Shown: positions 11,729 through 24,863, counted from the first letter of the whole stretch. The stretch is DNA of 63,897 nt, filler included, from Octopus bimaculoides (GCF_001194135.2; 8 parts of 7 records of this genome joined end to end with filler, not necessarily neighbours in it), one strand, 5' to 3'. Notes: generated by a model not told the origin, from the sequence alone. Numbers and translations are program-made.

Positions 11729-13947
11729 TCAGCTTAGACATTCATCCTTTCCAAGTCGCTAAAATAAGTACCATTTCAGCACTGAGGTCAATGCAATCGA
11801 CTTATCCCCACCTCTGAAGTTGCTGGCCTTGTGCCAAAATTTCAATCCCATATTACTTTGCGTCCGTCAGTCAGTAATTACCCATCTACACAGAACGTTA
11901 AGATATTTTACGATTGCTTCTGTATTTAAGTACAGTGTGACCCAGCTTGTAAACTAAAGAAGCATATTAGATGAAACATAATTCAGATTATCATCTCTTG
12001 ACACAGCTGACACAGCTTAAAACAAAACAAACAAAACAAGTAATGAGAAGTGATTATACCAATTTATTTCAAATTTAGATCAAACGAGTACATACAAATA
12101 GATATGATTGTGTCCTCCTCTTTTACCTCACTCTGTCCCTTTCTCTCTTTCTCGTCCCTCCCAGATTCTTCGATCCCTCTGTCCCCTACCTCTATCCTCT
12201 CCTTCTACGTGACTGGCGCTCCACTAAGCCTGACCTTTCCTTCTTGGTTCGACTACCATCCGTGAAGCATCTCTTATATTCCTTCCCATGACTTTCATTT
12301 CTTATGTTCCCGCCGTAAGGCTTTACTTCCACACACGCCAGCTTTATTTAATTCGTCCTTAGTCGAAAGACACCTGTTGTTAATGTCTTGTTGTTTGTAT
12401 GTGTAATTGTGTACCATTTCTCCGTTTTTTTTTCTTTTGCGTCCTTGTTTTCGTACACATTCGCTTGCTTTCTTGCAAGGAGTCTTATGCTCTTAGCTTA
12501 AATTTCCTTGGGTCAAAATCCCTAGTGCGTACTATATACGAAGTTTAAAATGAAAAATATTTTCTAAATAATATCCGAGTCTCTATTTGCTGTCCGGCAA
12601 TGTGTATTCAGACGCATTTTGTGATGTCTGGCGGGAAAATACCTTAAGCTAAGCCTGAAAGCAATGAAGTCATAAAAGAATCATTCATAACTTGCAGTAA
12701 GCAACATTTATTAGAATAAAAGTATTCAGAACACAGAATAGCATGTAACAAAAACAATTTACATTCCCATATAACAGTGAAGAACATCACCATTATTGTA
12801 TTACACATGCGCGGAAGTGTTTGTACGACTAGGTGCTGCTGGCTTAATTACGTACGAATTGTGCTTAATAGTTTAGCGCTAAATAGTTCATCCTTCTGTT
12901 TGTATTGACAGTTTGCATCGTTACCGTGGCAAACAATAGACACTTAATTAAATACCGGTATTAAATGTTTGAACTACTGTGGGTCTTTACTAGGGTTTTT
13001 TTTATAAGCACAGCAATCTATGTTTCCGATTAACCTAGGAACAGAAAACCAAATTGGTTATTGTGGAAGTCGTTGCACTTTAACGATCATACAACATTTA
13101 AGTTTGCAAGCGATGCAAAATAGAGCTACTGAAGTGTTTTGGGAATAAATTACGGATAATGACTACAGTTGTTTTACATGAAAGCGAAATTTCTGGTCAG
13201 AATCAGCCACATAAATGGTGTAAAGAAATTGAAGGAAGGCATTGAAACTTTCCCTCTGCAATTTAATTTTATTCAACAGCAAAGGGAGCTATTTTTTCGG
13301 AGAGAAGTATGATTGGTACGTTCAAAAATGGCGATATAATACCTACTTAAAAAAGTAGAGTTAAAGGAATGTATTTGCTACATGCTTACAGTGTACGACC
13401 ACTGTAAAATTGACTTCAGATAACGGGAAATGAAGACATGAAGCGTTTGACTTCAGTTCATGAATATTGTTTAGAATCTTTAGCAGTTCGCAGTGAAAAG
13501 ATGTCGCGTTGAAAGGCAGACAGATAATTGTGAAGTTACATACTCAAAATAACCAGTATGAGTCTTATTGTGAGCAAAGTGTTTACTTAGAGTTGTCTCC
13601 CTGCATATAACGACAGTCACTAATGAACTATCATGAAGGATTGAAAAGGATCATGTCCGCCGGTAACACACAATGAAAATTGGAGAATGATTGCATTGTA
13701 CTCGAGTTTTTAGCCATTCAGACCGAAGTCAGAATGTTGCCCAGCCCACAACACGAGGATGTAAACTCTTGTGGACCATCCTGCGCCGTCCCACGTTGGT
13801 GTGTCGAAACAGCTGCTAAATAGTTGGACACAACAACCTCCTAAGCAGCCCGAGTGCAGATATGAGCAGCATATGGGAACCGGTATTAAGGAAGGATAGA
13901 AAAATATTAGGTTTATAAGCCCTAAAATTCACTCCATAATTGCCCAC

Positions 13948-14195
13948 GGGCATATTGGCGTAGTGGTTAAGAGCGCGGGCTACTGATTCCAAGTTCGATT
14001 CGAAGCAGTGGCAAGACAATAATAAAAATAATAATAATAATAATAACATCGAAAAATACCTTAGGAATGAGAACCCAGTTTCGAAATTTCCCCCAAGGCA
14101 TCTGAAGAAGGCTGGAGGGTATATCAGCCGAAACGTTGTGTTAACAACAAACAAGATGAGGACAAATATCCGTCGAATGTGTAAATAATGTATAA
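13948..14195 (+). mobile_element. tRNA-headed SINE-like element carrying a hammerhead motif
   Basis: A box tggcgtagtgg at 13956, B box gttcgattc at 13993, an (AAT)n spacer, then the HHR at 14097-14142. Confidence 0.7.
14097..14142 (+). ncRNA. Minimal type I hammerhead ribozyme motif
   Basis: GGCAT-CTGAAGA-A-GGCTG(10 nt)CAGCC-GAAAC-GTT-GTGTT. Palindromic ACGT helix III; stem I relies on G.U pairs. Confidence 0.65.
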
Positions 14196-14760
14196 TAATT
14201 TAAATGAAATAAATAGACACCTTTAATTTTCAAAATTTCTGATCTAAGTTTCTTAATATGTTTTCAGCGGTGTCTTTTTCATTCCAGGTGCTATTATATT
14301 AAACATTTNNNNNNNNNNNNNNNNNNNNNNNNNNNNNNNNNNNNNNNNNNNNNNNNNNNNNNNNNNNNNNNNNNNNNNNNNNNNNNNNNNNNNNNNNNNN
14401 NNNNNNNNNNNNNNNNNNNNNNNNNNNNNNNNNNNNNNNNNNNNNNNNNNNNNNNNNNNNNNNNNNNNNNNNNNNNNNNNNNNNNNNNNNNNNNNNNNNN
14501 NNNNNNNNNNNNNNNNNNNNNNNNNNNNNNNNNNNNNNNNNNNNNNNNNNNNNNNNNNNNNNNNNNNNNNNNNNNNNNNNNNNNNNNNNNNNNNNNNNNN
14601 NNNNNNNNNNNNNNNNNNNNNNNNNNNNNNNNNNNNNNNNNNNNNNNNNNNNNNNNNNNNNNNNNNNNNNNNNNNNNNNNNNNNNNNNNNNNNNNNNNNN
14701 NNNNNNNNNNNNNNNNNNNNNNNNNNNNNNNNNNNNNNNNNNNNNNNNNNNNNNNNNNNG

Positions 14761-15360
14761 TGTGTTACATATCTGCATAAGCTTGGTTATTATGGACGAG
14801 CAGCTAGAAGAAAACCTCGCCTTCAGCCAATTAATATCATGAAAAGAAAGAAATGGGCTAAGGAGATGTCAGAAAAATCTAGTTCAATTTGGGATAGAGT
14901 GATTTTCTCAGATGAATCCAGATTTGCATTATTTTCAGACAGTGGACGTGTTTGGGTCCGGAGGCTTCCCAGTCAAGAATTTGATTTAAAATGACTCCAA
15001 CCAACTGTGAAACATGGCGGTATCTCTGTAATGGTATGGGGAGCTGTCACCAGCAATTGTCGTTCTGAGCTGATCGAATGCGTTGGAACAATAAACTCTG
15101 TAAAATACATCGAAATACTTAAGCAAAGACTACTTTCGATGTATTCACACGGTAACATAACGAAAAATGAGTTTTTATTCATGGAAGATGGGGCTCCATG
15201 CCACACAGCGAAAAGGAATCAACAATGGCTGACTGAAAATGGGATCAAAAAGCTTCCTTGGCCGAGTCGATCTCCTGACATGAACCCAATTGAAAATCTT
15301 TGGAGCATACTAGACAGAGATATACGAAAAACTCGACAGAAACCGAAATCTAAAGATGAA
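14761..15360 (+). pseudogene. Tc1-family transposase catalytic domain (DD34E), one in-frame stop, 5' part lost in a gap
   Basis: VIFSDESRF, KHGGISVMVWG, FMEDGAPCH and WPSRSPDMNPIENLW; 34 residues between the second D and the E; TGA at 14992-14994. Confidence 0.95.
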
Positions 15361-16364
15361 TCGGTCAATCAATCGATCGATTAGTTAATTGCTTAAATAG
15401 TTAACCATTAACCAGTATTATTAGTCGACAAATAATAATAAAAGAAGTGAAATGCTGTCAGTACGTGTGCTTATTAAAGACTCTCCTGTGATACAACATA
15501 ACTGTTTGCAGTATTTTTAAAAATCTAACCCCGAATTGCTGGTTTGATGGAGTAATTTATCTATTGGCATAAATACTGATCATTCTTTTGTTATGAGTAC
15601 ATAAAATGGCCGACAGAAGTTTTTTTTAAAAAATCATCACAATCGTAATAATTAAAAATAAACTGAACGCACCTTATTTTTTCATGAAATTTCGACTATT
15701 GTATTTATAAATTTTCTTACTGTTAAAACCCCGGAACTAAAATGTTATATAGCAGGAAAATCCCAATGACATAATTATATAATTACATTTTAATCATCAA
15801 TTTACAGATGCTGAAGCAAAATGGTTGGATAACGAGAAAGTCCGATGATATGTTTGTAAATTGTTTTTATGAAAAACTAGAAACTAAGATGAAATGGTTG
15901 TATGGCATAGTTATGTTTAATATATTTGTTAACAGCTGTGAATGTATTGTTTGTATACATCTCTGGTTCTCAATGATGATCGGCAATAATTCGATCAGAT
16001 GTAAACCACAAGGAAATATGTAAGACGGGGGCGCTCTACTATCCAAAGAATCCGGTGGCTTCCTCAATAACAACTGCGATGGTATTTGATACCGCATAAG
16101 TTTCAACTCATGGATTTCATTTCATTTCTTCCAATCTGTCTTATGACTGCCGCATCACCACATTGCACACACACACACACATACACACACACAATGGCTC
16201 TACTGTTTGTGATTACCAGAATTAATCGATGCGTACATAAATGTGTGCGAGTTGTGTGTATGTGTGTGCATGTGTGTGCATGTGGATAAAAATGTACTCA
16301 TGGTTGTGCATATCACTGTGGAGCACAAGTGTGTATGATTCATTGCTGTTTCAATCCTAAAACG

Positions 16365-16673
16365 TTTCACAAATTTTCACTGTTCTTTTAATTGATTGTA
16401 TCTGGAGAAAGCGAATCAGTCTGCTCTTCTCTTGGAGAATTCAAGCATTTCTTGATTTCTATACAGATCTGTTGTTACGCAACCCATTGCATCTAAGATA
16501 ATAGAAACAAATGAAAATGTATAGCTTGGATAAAAGAGTAGTCTTCCATAGATGCTCCTCTTTTGCCCAATTTTTTAAGAGCTTTTCGCAACCGCTGGCC
16601 ATCTGATCTCTACAATGGTGGACATTTGCTCCCTGTCCCATACAGCTATATCTGGCCTGTTATGTTTATACCA
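16365..16673 (-). mobile_element. Restriction-like endonuclease C-terminus of an R4/Dong-like LINE, decayed
   Basis: WYKHNRPDIAVWD...IVEI, then YPSYTFSFVSIILDAMGCV, with frameshifts and stops. Confidence 0.65.
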
Positions 16674-16807
16674 GGTGGCTGTTTTTATTGAAGTACTGCA
16701 CTAGAATTCTTTATTTTTTAAGATGTATATATGTATGTTTGAAATATTTTGCCCGGATTGATAATCCCTTACCTATAACTATATATGTGTGTGTGTTTGT
16801 GAGTGTG

Positions 16808-16809
<2 letters not shown>

Positions 16810-16870
<61 letters not shown>

Positions 16871-16919
16871 NNNNNNNNNNNNNNNNNNNNNNNNNNNNNN
16901 NNNNNNNNNNNNNNNNNNN

Positions 16920-16978
<59 letters not shown>
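16810..16978. repeat. (GA)n microsatellite spanning a gap
   Basis: Direct reading. Confidence 0.95.
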
Positions 16979-16985
<7 letters not shown>

Positions 16986-17511
16986 GGAAAAAGAGAGAGA
17001 GATAGAGATACTACATACACATATATGAAATTGTCAAACCAGTTAGCTATTTCTTTTGTCCCGATACGAACCTGTTTATTTGTTGCCGCTAACAAATAAA
17101 TAAGGGACTCTGAAATGCGAGGTATTCGGGTACGAGACCCATAAAAGAAAGTATATAGTCTAATGCTGTGTTTGATGAGACAAGTACTTTTTAAAGTGTC
17201 AAGCTCTTTTATTTGCACATGTTTCACGATTGACAACATCCTGTGACTAATCACTACACATCGTTGGATTGAAAGTCAATCCCGCCCATGCAAGAAACCC
17301 AATTGTACAACCAATAGAATCAGTTATGATGTGAATGTCTTGTAAGGAGTCATTCCTTTCAATCAGCCTTCATATCCAATTCTCTTTAACAATTAATACA
17401 GGTGCATTTCTTCCATATATAAACAATTTAGAAATAAATATTTCAATATCATTTTATTACCGATTATGTATTCGTTCACTTTCTGTATTTTTTATTTACT
17501 TTATATATCCT

Positions 17512-17898
17512 TGGAGGTGCAATGGCCCAGTGGTTAGGGCAGCGGACTCGCGGTCATAGGATCGCGGTTTCGATTCCCAGACCGGGCGTTGTGAGTGTTT
17601 ATTGAGCGAAAACACTTAAAGCTCCACGAGGCTCCGGCAGGGGATGGTGGCGAACCCTGCTGTACTCTGTCACCACAACTTTCTCTCACTCTTACTTCCT
17701 GTTTCTGTTGTGCCTGTAATTCAAAGGGTCAGCCTTGTCACACTGTGTCACGCTGAATATCCCCAAGAACTACGTTAAGGGTACACGTGTCTGTGGAGTG
17801 CTCAGTCACTTGCACGTTAATTTCACGAGGAGGCTGTTCCGTTGATTGGATCAACTGGAACCCTCGACGTCGTAAGCGATGGAATGCCAACAACAACA
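17512..17898 (+). mobile_element. Full-length tRNA-derived SINE ending in (CAA)n
   Basis: Head tggcccagtggttagggcagcggactcgcggtc...gtttcgattccc; near-identical copies at 20627 and 31990. Confidence 0.9.
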
Positions 17899-18937
17899 TA
17901 TATTCATAGCGAAATAATACCCAAATTCTTTCAACTCCGCCGCGGATATAAACATATATTGCGCTATTATGAATACTATTAAGGAATTTAACAAAACAAT
18001 TGGAAATGCCATAATCATGACGAAATAATCAATAAGGAAAGTTGTATCGTAGACGTAAAGAACACAGTTTTGTCTTCATAGTTTGTTTCAGGCAGTGTGA
18101 TAAATCTATGTAATTAACACAGACATGTAAGGTAAAGTAGCTGCTTCAGTTACCTAGAAATTTCATACGAGGCACTAGATTTATAGAGTGAGACATGTCT
18201 AACAACCATGTATTTTCCAAAAATTTCGAAGGCATAAATGAATGGAAACTGACGTTGTGCGATCAGTTTATGAAGGATTTTATAGAAGGTAAAAGTAATC
18301 TTCTGCGGTATTTAAACAGAGAATCAAGAGGAATACGACTAAAAACATGTTAATTTGCCTCATAAACGATCTAACATGAGACATCTAAATAATTACTTGA
18401 TCTGCTAGAAAGAAATAGCGGCCAAATCTCCTTCAAATCATCGATTCTTTAAAATCTTACTGTTTTAGAAATAAAATGACATATTGGGTAACACTGTTTT
18501 CTGGTAGGTAATGTTAGAAAAATTCAAATCAGAGTGGTCACTGCTGGAATACTCTGATCATGGATTGTTCGATCAGGTTTGATCTAGTAAACAATTACAA
18601 TACCTTCCCTATTTATTAAGAGAAACTAGAACTGAAATCTTCGTGTTGGGGCAGAAGACATATATTTATGATGAAGTGTATAGTTGAACTGAAAAGTTCC
18701 TGGTTTTAAGGGGTGTCCCGAAAGACCTGGTTGGAGGCCCAAACCTTCCGAGTTTTACAGGGCTTAGAAAAACTGACCGCTGCAATAAGTTTGACAGGTG
18801 ACTACATAAATTTCCGAGTACTAACGTCAAATCAAAGGAAAAAATCACGTAGGAAAATCTAAGTTAGGGTTTCGATTCTTGACTATGAATCCAAGAAACG
18901 ATCTCTTACGCACATATGTATATAAACATGTGTGTGT

Positions 18938-18969
<32 letters not shown>

Positions 18970-19121
18970 ATGAATTTACATGTCGAAACTCGTCTGGTAA
19001 ACACTACAAAGCACTTAGTCGGAACTGTATCGAATTTTAAATGACTCACGCAATAGAATAATGGAATAATCTGCTGTAGTGGAAAGTTGACTGATAAATA
19101 ACTTATCAAAAATTTGAACGG

Positions 19122-19221
19122 NNNNNNNNNNNNNNNNNNNNNNNNNNNNNNNNNNNNNNNNNNNNTTAATTAATTAANNNNNNNNNNNNNNNNNNNNNNN
19201 NNNNNNNNNNNNNNNNNNNNN
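19122..19221. other. Assembly spacer N44-TTAATTAATTAA-N44 (also at 24901, 36168, 48231, 54918, 60705 and 62312)
   Basis: The same 100-bp construct occurs seven times. Confidence 0.97.
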
Positions 19222-19222
19222 C

Positions 19223-19260
<38 letters not shown>

Positions 19261-19805
19261 GATGCAATACCAGGCAGTGGATCTCATGGCTTCTGATCTT
19301 AACTGATTGGAAGTGTTATCATGTACTTTGTTTTGTCTATAAAAGATGGGCTACAGCAAATATTCTGCTCAATACCACAGATTTGCTTGTCAGTTGCTTT
19401 ACTTTAACCAGTTGAACATGTCCCTTAATGGATGATGTTATGTGCATATCTGATCGCGAGCAGAAGTAGTGGGAGAGCATCATAGCCATGTGTTGAGAGG
19501 AATTCTTTGGGGTTTGAATAATTCACTTCTGGAAACATGAGTGTTTTGTTCATCATCCTTAAACAACCCTTATTCAAGGACCTTTTGAGCAGAATGGGCT
19601 ACTCAACCTGAAAAAATTCTAACTGGACCCCCACCTGGAAGGTCATGCGCTATTTATCTTGATATAAGATCACCATGTTGTGCACATGTGGTTGTGATGC
19701 ATGTGCCTGGTGTACCTTTATTAGACCTTGTAGTAATGATGGGTATATTGGGCTTCGTATAATTGTACCCCAGTATCACTTTGATGGCATGCACTGCACT
19801 CTCAC
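19222..19805 (-). mobile_element. Reverse copy of the 11100-11728 repeat
   Basis: Sequence match, with (CTA)n at the 3' end. Confidence 0.75.
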
Positions 19806-20293
19806 TCAATAATGATAATAATAATATTGATAATGATGATGATGGTTTCAAATTTTGTCATAATGGGCAGCAATTTTGGAGGAGCGGATGAGTCTGGGTA
19901 TATGAATTACTGGTACAGTTAATTCAACGGGCTTTCGTACTATTTCAGTCTATCTAATTTCACTCATAAAGCTTTTGGTTGAAATGAAACTATCGTAGAA
20001 AATATGTATTCAACGTGCTCTGCAACTGGGATCGAACCCAAGAATTTTTGATGATGAAATGAACGTCTTAACCATTGCACCATTCCTGTGCCCAAATTAT
20101 GCTAACATTTATTGAAACCACTTCAATTAGTTAATGCATTAAGCAGAAACACACAAATGAAAATTAAACATTGAACCTTAATGCAAGAAATACCATAGTG
20201 GGTGTTAATACATTAGTTGTTTCATTTCTAATCTACAACTTCAATAAACTGAAATTTAAGTGAATAGAAATGCTTAAATAAAATATCACCACT

Positions 20294-20331
<38 letters not shown>

Positions 20332-20626
20332 CACCACCACCACCACCACGAAAAGAACCAAAATAAAATGTCTTGATTGCAATCGCAATCCACTTCCCTA
20401 AATCAAGCGTTAATAGAATATGCCTTACTTTCATAGGGAAAAGCCATGAATTTTATACAAATAATCAATTATCGCATAGTAATCTCCGGTGGGCGTAGTA
20501 AAATACTGAAATATCGAGCATCATAATCAGGGACTTAAATACCATCTTAATTCTAAACTATTATAGAAAATGAATATGAATGCACCGAGTGTATATAGAC
20601 TAATTGTAGTATCGTTACATAAGCGC

Positions 20627-21085
20627 ATGGAGAGGCAATGGCCCAGTGGTTAGGGCAGCAGACTCGCGGTCGTAGGATCGCGATTTCGATTCCCAGACCC
20701 GGCATTGTGAGTGTTTATTGAGCGAAAACGCCTGATGCTCCACGAGGCTCCGGCAGGAGGTGGTGGTGAACCCTGCTGTACTCTTTCACCACAGCTTTCT
20801 CTCACTCTTTCTTCCTCTTTCTGTTGTACCTGTATTTCAAAGGGGCCAGCCTTGCCACATTCTGTGTCACGCTTGAATCTCCCCGAGAACTACGTTAAGG
20901 ACACACGTGTCTGTGGAGTGCTTGCACGTTAATAAACGAGCTGCGACGTCACTGGTGCCAAGATGTATTGGCCTTTGCCTTTCCCTTGGATAAGATCGGT
21001 GGCATGGAGAGGGGAGCCTGGTATGCATGGTCGACTGCTGGTCTTCCATAAACAACCCTGCCCAGACTTGTGCCTCGGAGGGTAT
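20627..21085 (+). mobile_element. tRNA SINE fused to a second repeat module
   Basis: 17512-type head and body to about 20930, then the gacgtcactggtgccaag...tgcctcggagggta module shared with 5530-5700. Confidence 0.8.
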
Positions 21086-21100
21086 CTATCTGTCTATCTG

Positions 21101-21142
<42 letters not shown>

Positions 21143-21153
21143 CGGCTGTCTGT

Positions 21154-21198
<45 letters not shown>

Positions 21199-21279
21199 CG
21201 GCTGTCTGTTTATCTATCTATCTATCTATCTACCTGTCTGTCTGTCTGTCTATCTATCTCTAAGCAAAGCATATACGCA

Positions 21280-21333
<54 letters not shown>

Positions 21334-21345
21334 TCTGTGTGAGTT
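21084..21345. repeat. (TCTA)n/(TCTG)n followed by (TG)n microsatellites
   Basis: Direct reading. Confidence 0.95.
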
Positions 21346-21911
21346 TGTGTGTGTGAATGTATACGCTTTAACTGAGGAATGTTTACGTAATGGATGTATT
21401 TCCTATTATATGTTACGCAAGCCTGAAACGTAAGTACATGGATATGTATATGTATATATATATATATATATATATACATATGTATGTAATATATACACAC
21501 ACGCACATGCATGCAGACATATTAATTACTTAGTCTGTTGGAAAGGGAATTGTAGAGAGTTGGCGTTCGGGGGTGAAAGGACTTGGTGCAGTATCTAACG
21601 CAGAATATATGGTGTAGGTGGGAGTTGGACGAAATACAAGCGAGTGATGAAAAGTGGTGAGACAGGTGTGTTTTGAGATGACCTAAGTAGATGTGACATG
21701 AAACCGACCAGTTCTAAGAGCAGTTCAGTGAAATCAGTAGATTTAATTGGAAAATGAGAGAGAGAAGATGTGAGGGAATGTCATTGCAAAAGCCTGTCAG
21801 TATTACTTTTGCGATATGTGGAGAAAATGTAATAGGATGAAAGTTAGCAGGATCAGAATAGTTGCCCTTGTTGGAAGAGGGACGCATTCTAGCGTGTTCT
21901 AAAAGGTCAAA

Positions 21912-21973
21912 ATATATTCCTGAACAGAAGAAATGACTAAGCTTTCAGTCATTTCTTCTGTTCAGGAATATAT
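21912..21973. repeat. Perfect 27-bp inverted repeat with an 8-nt loop
   Basis: atatattcctgaacagaagaaatgact-aagctttc-agtcatttcttctgttcaggaatatat. Confidence 0.95.
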
Positions 21974-21975
21974 CT

Positions 21976-22118
21976 AGGCGCAGGAGTGGCTGTGTGGTAA
22001 GTAGCTTGCTTACCAAGCACATGGTTCCGGGTTCAGTCCCACTGCGTGGCACCTTGGGCAAGTGTCTTCTGCTATAGCTTCGGGCCGACCAAAGCCTTGT
22101 GAGTGGATTTGGTAGACG
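21976..22118 (+). mobile_element. tRNA-derived SINE, second head type
   Basis: ggcgcaggagtggctgtgtggtaag...gggttcagtccc; copies at about 34400-34530 and 47128-47255. Confidence 0.85.
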
Positions 22119-22724
22119 TGTGTGTGTGTGTGTGTGTGNNNNNNNNNNNNNNNNNNNNNNNNNNNNNNNNNNNNNNNNNNNNNNNNNNNNNNNNNNNNNN
22201 NNNNNNNNNNNNNNNNNNNNNNNNNNNNNNNNNNNNNNNNNNNNNNNNNNNNNNNNNNNNNNNNNNNNNNNNNNNNNNNNNNNNNNNNNNNNNNNNNNNN
22301 NNNNNNNNNNNNNNNNNNNNNNNNNNNNNNNNNNNNNNNNNNNNNNNNNNNNNNNNNNNNNNNNNNNNNNNNNNNNNNNNNNNNNNNNNNNNNNNNNNNN
22401 NNNNNNNNNNNNNNNNNNNNNNNNNNNNNNNNNNNNNNNNNNNNNNNNNNNNNNNNNNNNNNNNNNNNNNNNNNNNNNNNNNNNNNNNNNNNNNNNNNNN
22501 NNAGGATAAAATCTTTATAAGAATTTATCAAGTAGTCAGCGTGAAAAAACCTCATAATGAAAAAAAAACTCATCATTTTTTCCCATAAATATATATATAT
22601 ATAGATAGATATAGAGATAGATAGACAGATAGCTATACATGTATGTATGTATTTATGCGTGTGCGCGTGTTTATATATACATATATAAACGCATATACAG
22701 ATACATACACACGCACACACACAC

Positions 22725-22783
<59 letters not shown>

Positions 22784-23648
22784 AATACATGCTCACGCAC
22801 ACACGTAAGTTTTGAAAGTTAGAAGCAAAGAGAAAATCGACGCACATCTTTAAAATATACAAAGAGAAAATTAGAGATAAATTTGGTAAGTATTCATTAA
22901 GAATAGATAGGTCAGACAGAAGACACAGCCAAAGCTAACGCTATCTCAAACGTTCCAGGCTAAATTCAGAAACACAAGATCGATATCTGATCATGAAGAC
23001 ACGTCAAGTATAATGATAAATCAAGAAGATAATAGCAATTTAGAACCGTATAGTCAACATTTTGATATCAAGTTAGACATCCTCTCAGTTTTGGCGTCAC
23101 AACAACATTGCATGACTCTGCCTTGTTTGTAGCAGGTGGTGGTGGTTGGCCGAAAATTTCGCCCAATTTAAGCCACTGCATGATCATTGAGTGTCTGTAC
23201 CACTGTTCACTTTTTTGCAAGTATTCCAAGCATTCCTTTCACGACCATGTTTTACCTGCAGAGATTCAGGCTGGTTATCTATCAGCCGCACCAGTCTCAA
23301 CAATCTAGAAAAGTTTCCTTCCTGACTCAGCCATACAAGAACATTGCAGATTCAAACTATTAAAATCACTGAATATTCCTGTCAGGCAAGATAATTTGGT
23401 GTAATATAATAAAAACAGGCAATTTCTGATTAGTCTAAATAAAACAAAAATATGCTCCCATATATTACTACCTCCAACTAAAGGCAGAAACCGAACTGGT
23501 ATCTACCCATCTTCCAGATACAACGTTGAACCTAACCTAAGATTCCTGAGGTTTAGAAAATGAGCTTTAGAAGATTTGCCCCGGATCGCATAGTTCGTCT
23601 TTAACTTTTTTTACTGATGCACTTGTAAGATGACGTAATTTGGTTCGT

Positions 23649-23693
<45 letters not shown>

Positions 23694-23812
23694 NNNNNNN
23701 NNNNNNNNNNNNNNNNNNNNNNNNNNNNNNNNNNNNNNNNNNNNNNNNNNNNNNNNNNNNNNNNNNNNNNNNNNNNNNNNNTGTGTGTGTGTGTGTGTAT
23801 AGCAACTAGTGT

Positions 23813-23960
23813 AGGCGCGTAGCTTAGTGGTTAGTGTGTTGCGTTCATGATCGTAAAAATGTGATTTTGATCTCTGGACTGAGCGATAAGTTATGTTTTT
23901 GAGCAAAACACTTCATTTCATGTTGTTCCAGTCCACTCAGCTGGCAAAAATGAGTAATCC
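23813..23960 (+). mobile_element. tRNA-derived SINE, third head type
   Basis: agcttagtggttag head and body gagcaaaacacttcatttcatgttgttccagtccactc; minus-strand relatives near 32940-33100 and 35210-35365. Confidence 0.7.
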
Positions 23961-24199
23961 TGCGACGGACCGGTGTCCCTTCAAGAGGGAGAATATATAC
24001 GTCACAGAATCCGAGAAATCGGCCTTGTGAGCCTATGATCCGGGAAGGACCTTTGATCTTTTAATCTGATATAGCAGTCATAATTTTCCTCATCTAGCGA
24101 CTTGTCATTATATAATAGAAACGGCTTAATATCTGTTAAGCTGAAGCGCTTAATCACGATGATATATATATATATCATTATGAGGATCACTTCATCTTG

Positions 24200-24670
24200 A
24201 CAGATGATAGCCGTCTCAATTAATCTACATCATCCCTATAATCTCAACTACGTCTGTGTACATTGAAATGTCTCTTAAGGCCATTAGCTGATCTGAAATG
24301 CTTCGAATATGATGGATACGATTTAAAACTTCTACAGCGTTCATATGGCTTACTTGTGGTGTGGTACTCTCCTGCACGTTCATGTGCTTTTTCAAACCAC
24401 TTATTCTCACAAATTTTTTCACATTCTATGCATCATAATAAGGTGGCACATTAATCTCAAATGCATCTTGATTTTGCAAATCACTGTGTGATTTCAAGTG
24501 GTTTATGTAGCCAGTTTTTGGCTGGAGAAATCAGTCAAAAAGATTGCATTTCCAGCTTTTTATCTTATGTGGTGTATCCATGATATCCTCCTTCTACAAA
24601 GCACATTTTGAATATGTATGCTGCTTTTGGCTAGCTCAAAGCTAGAAATATCGTCCTTCACCAGAGACTG
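24200..24670 (-). pseudogene. Decayed tandem C2H2 zinc fingers, probably the C-terminus of a LINE ORF
   Basis: WKCNLFD*FLQPKTGYINHLKSH, CIECEKIC/SGLKKHMNV and FRSANGLKRHFNVH, with frameshifts. Confidence 0.65.
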
Positions 24671-24815
24671 TCCTTTGTTTCAATCAATCGCTTTTTTTTT
24701 CTGCTCAGAACTGAACATCTAATTTCAACTTCACTAAGTTGTCAAGAATACAGTACTTGTACCATTTCTTTGGGTTATATTGCGGTCGTTTTCCAAATTG
24801 TAACTTCAAATGACA

Positions 24816-24863
<48 letters not shown>

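Noticed and set aside
13790-13825. GAAACAGCTGCT resembling an HHR 3' half
   Set aside because: No CUGANGA box or matching stems upstream.
17512-17590. Possible tRNA genes at SINE heads
   Set aside because: They have A and B boxes but no full cloverleaf, and each continues into a repeated SINE body.
23140-23390. Possible host exon (LRR-like peptide on +, or a 49-nt AG...GT exon on -)
   Set aside because: The plus frames have stops, there is no recognisable family, and there are no partner exons.
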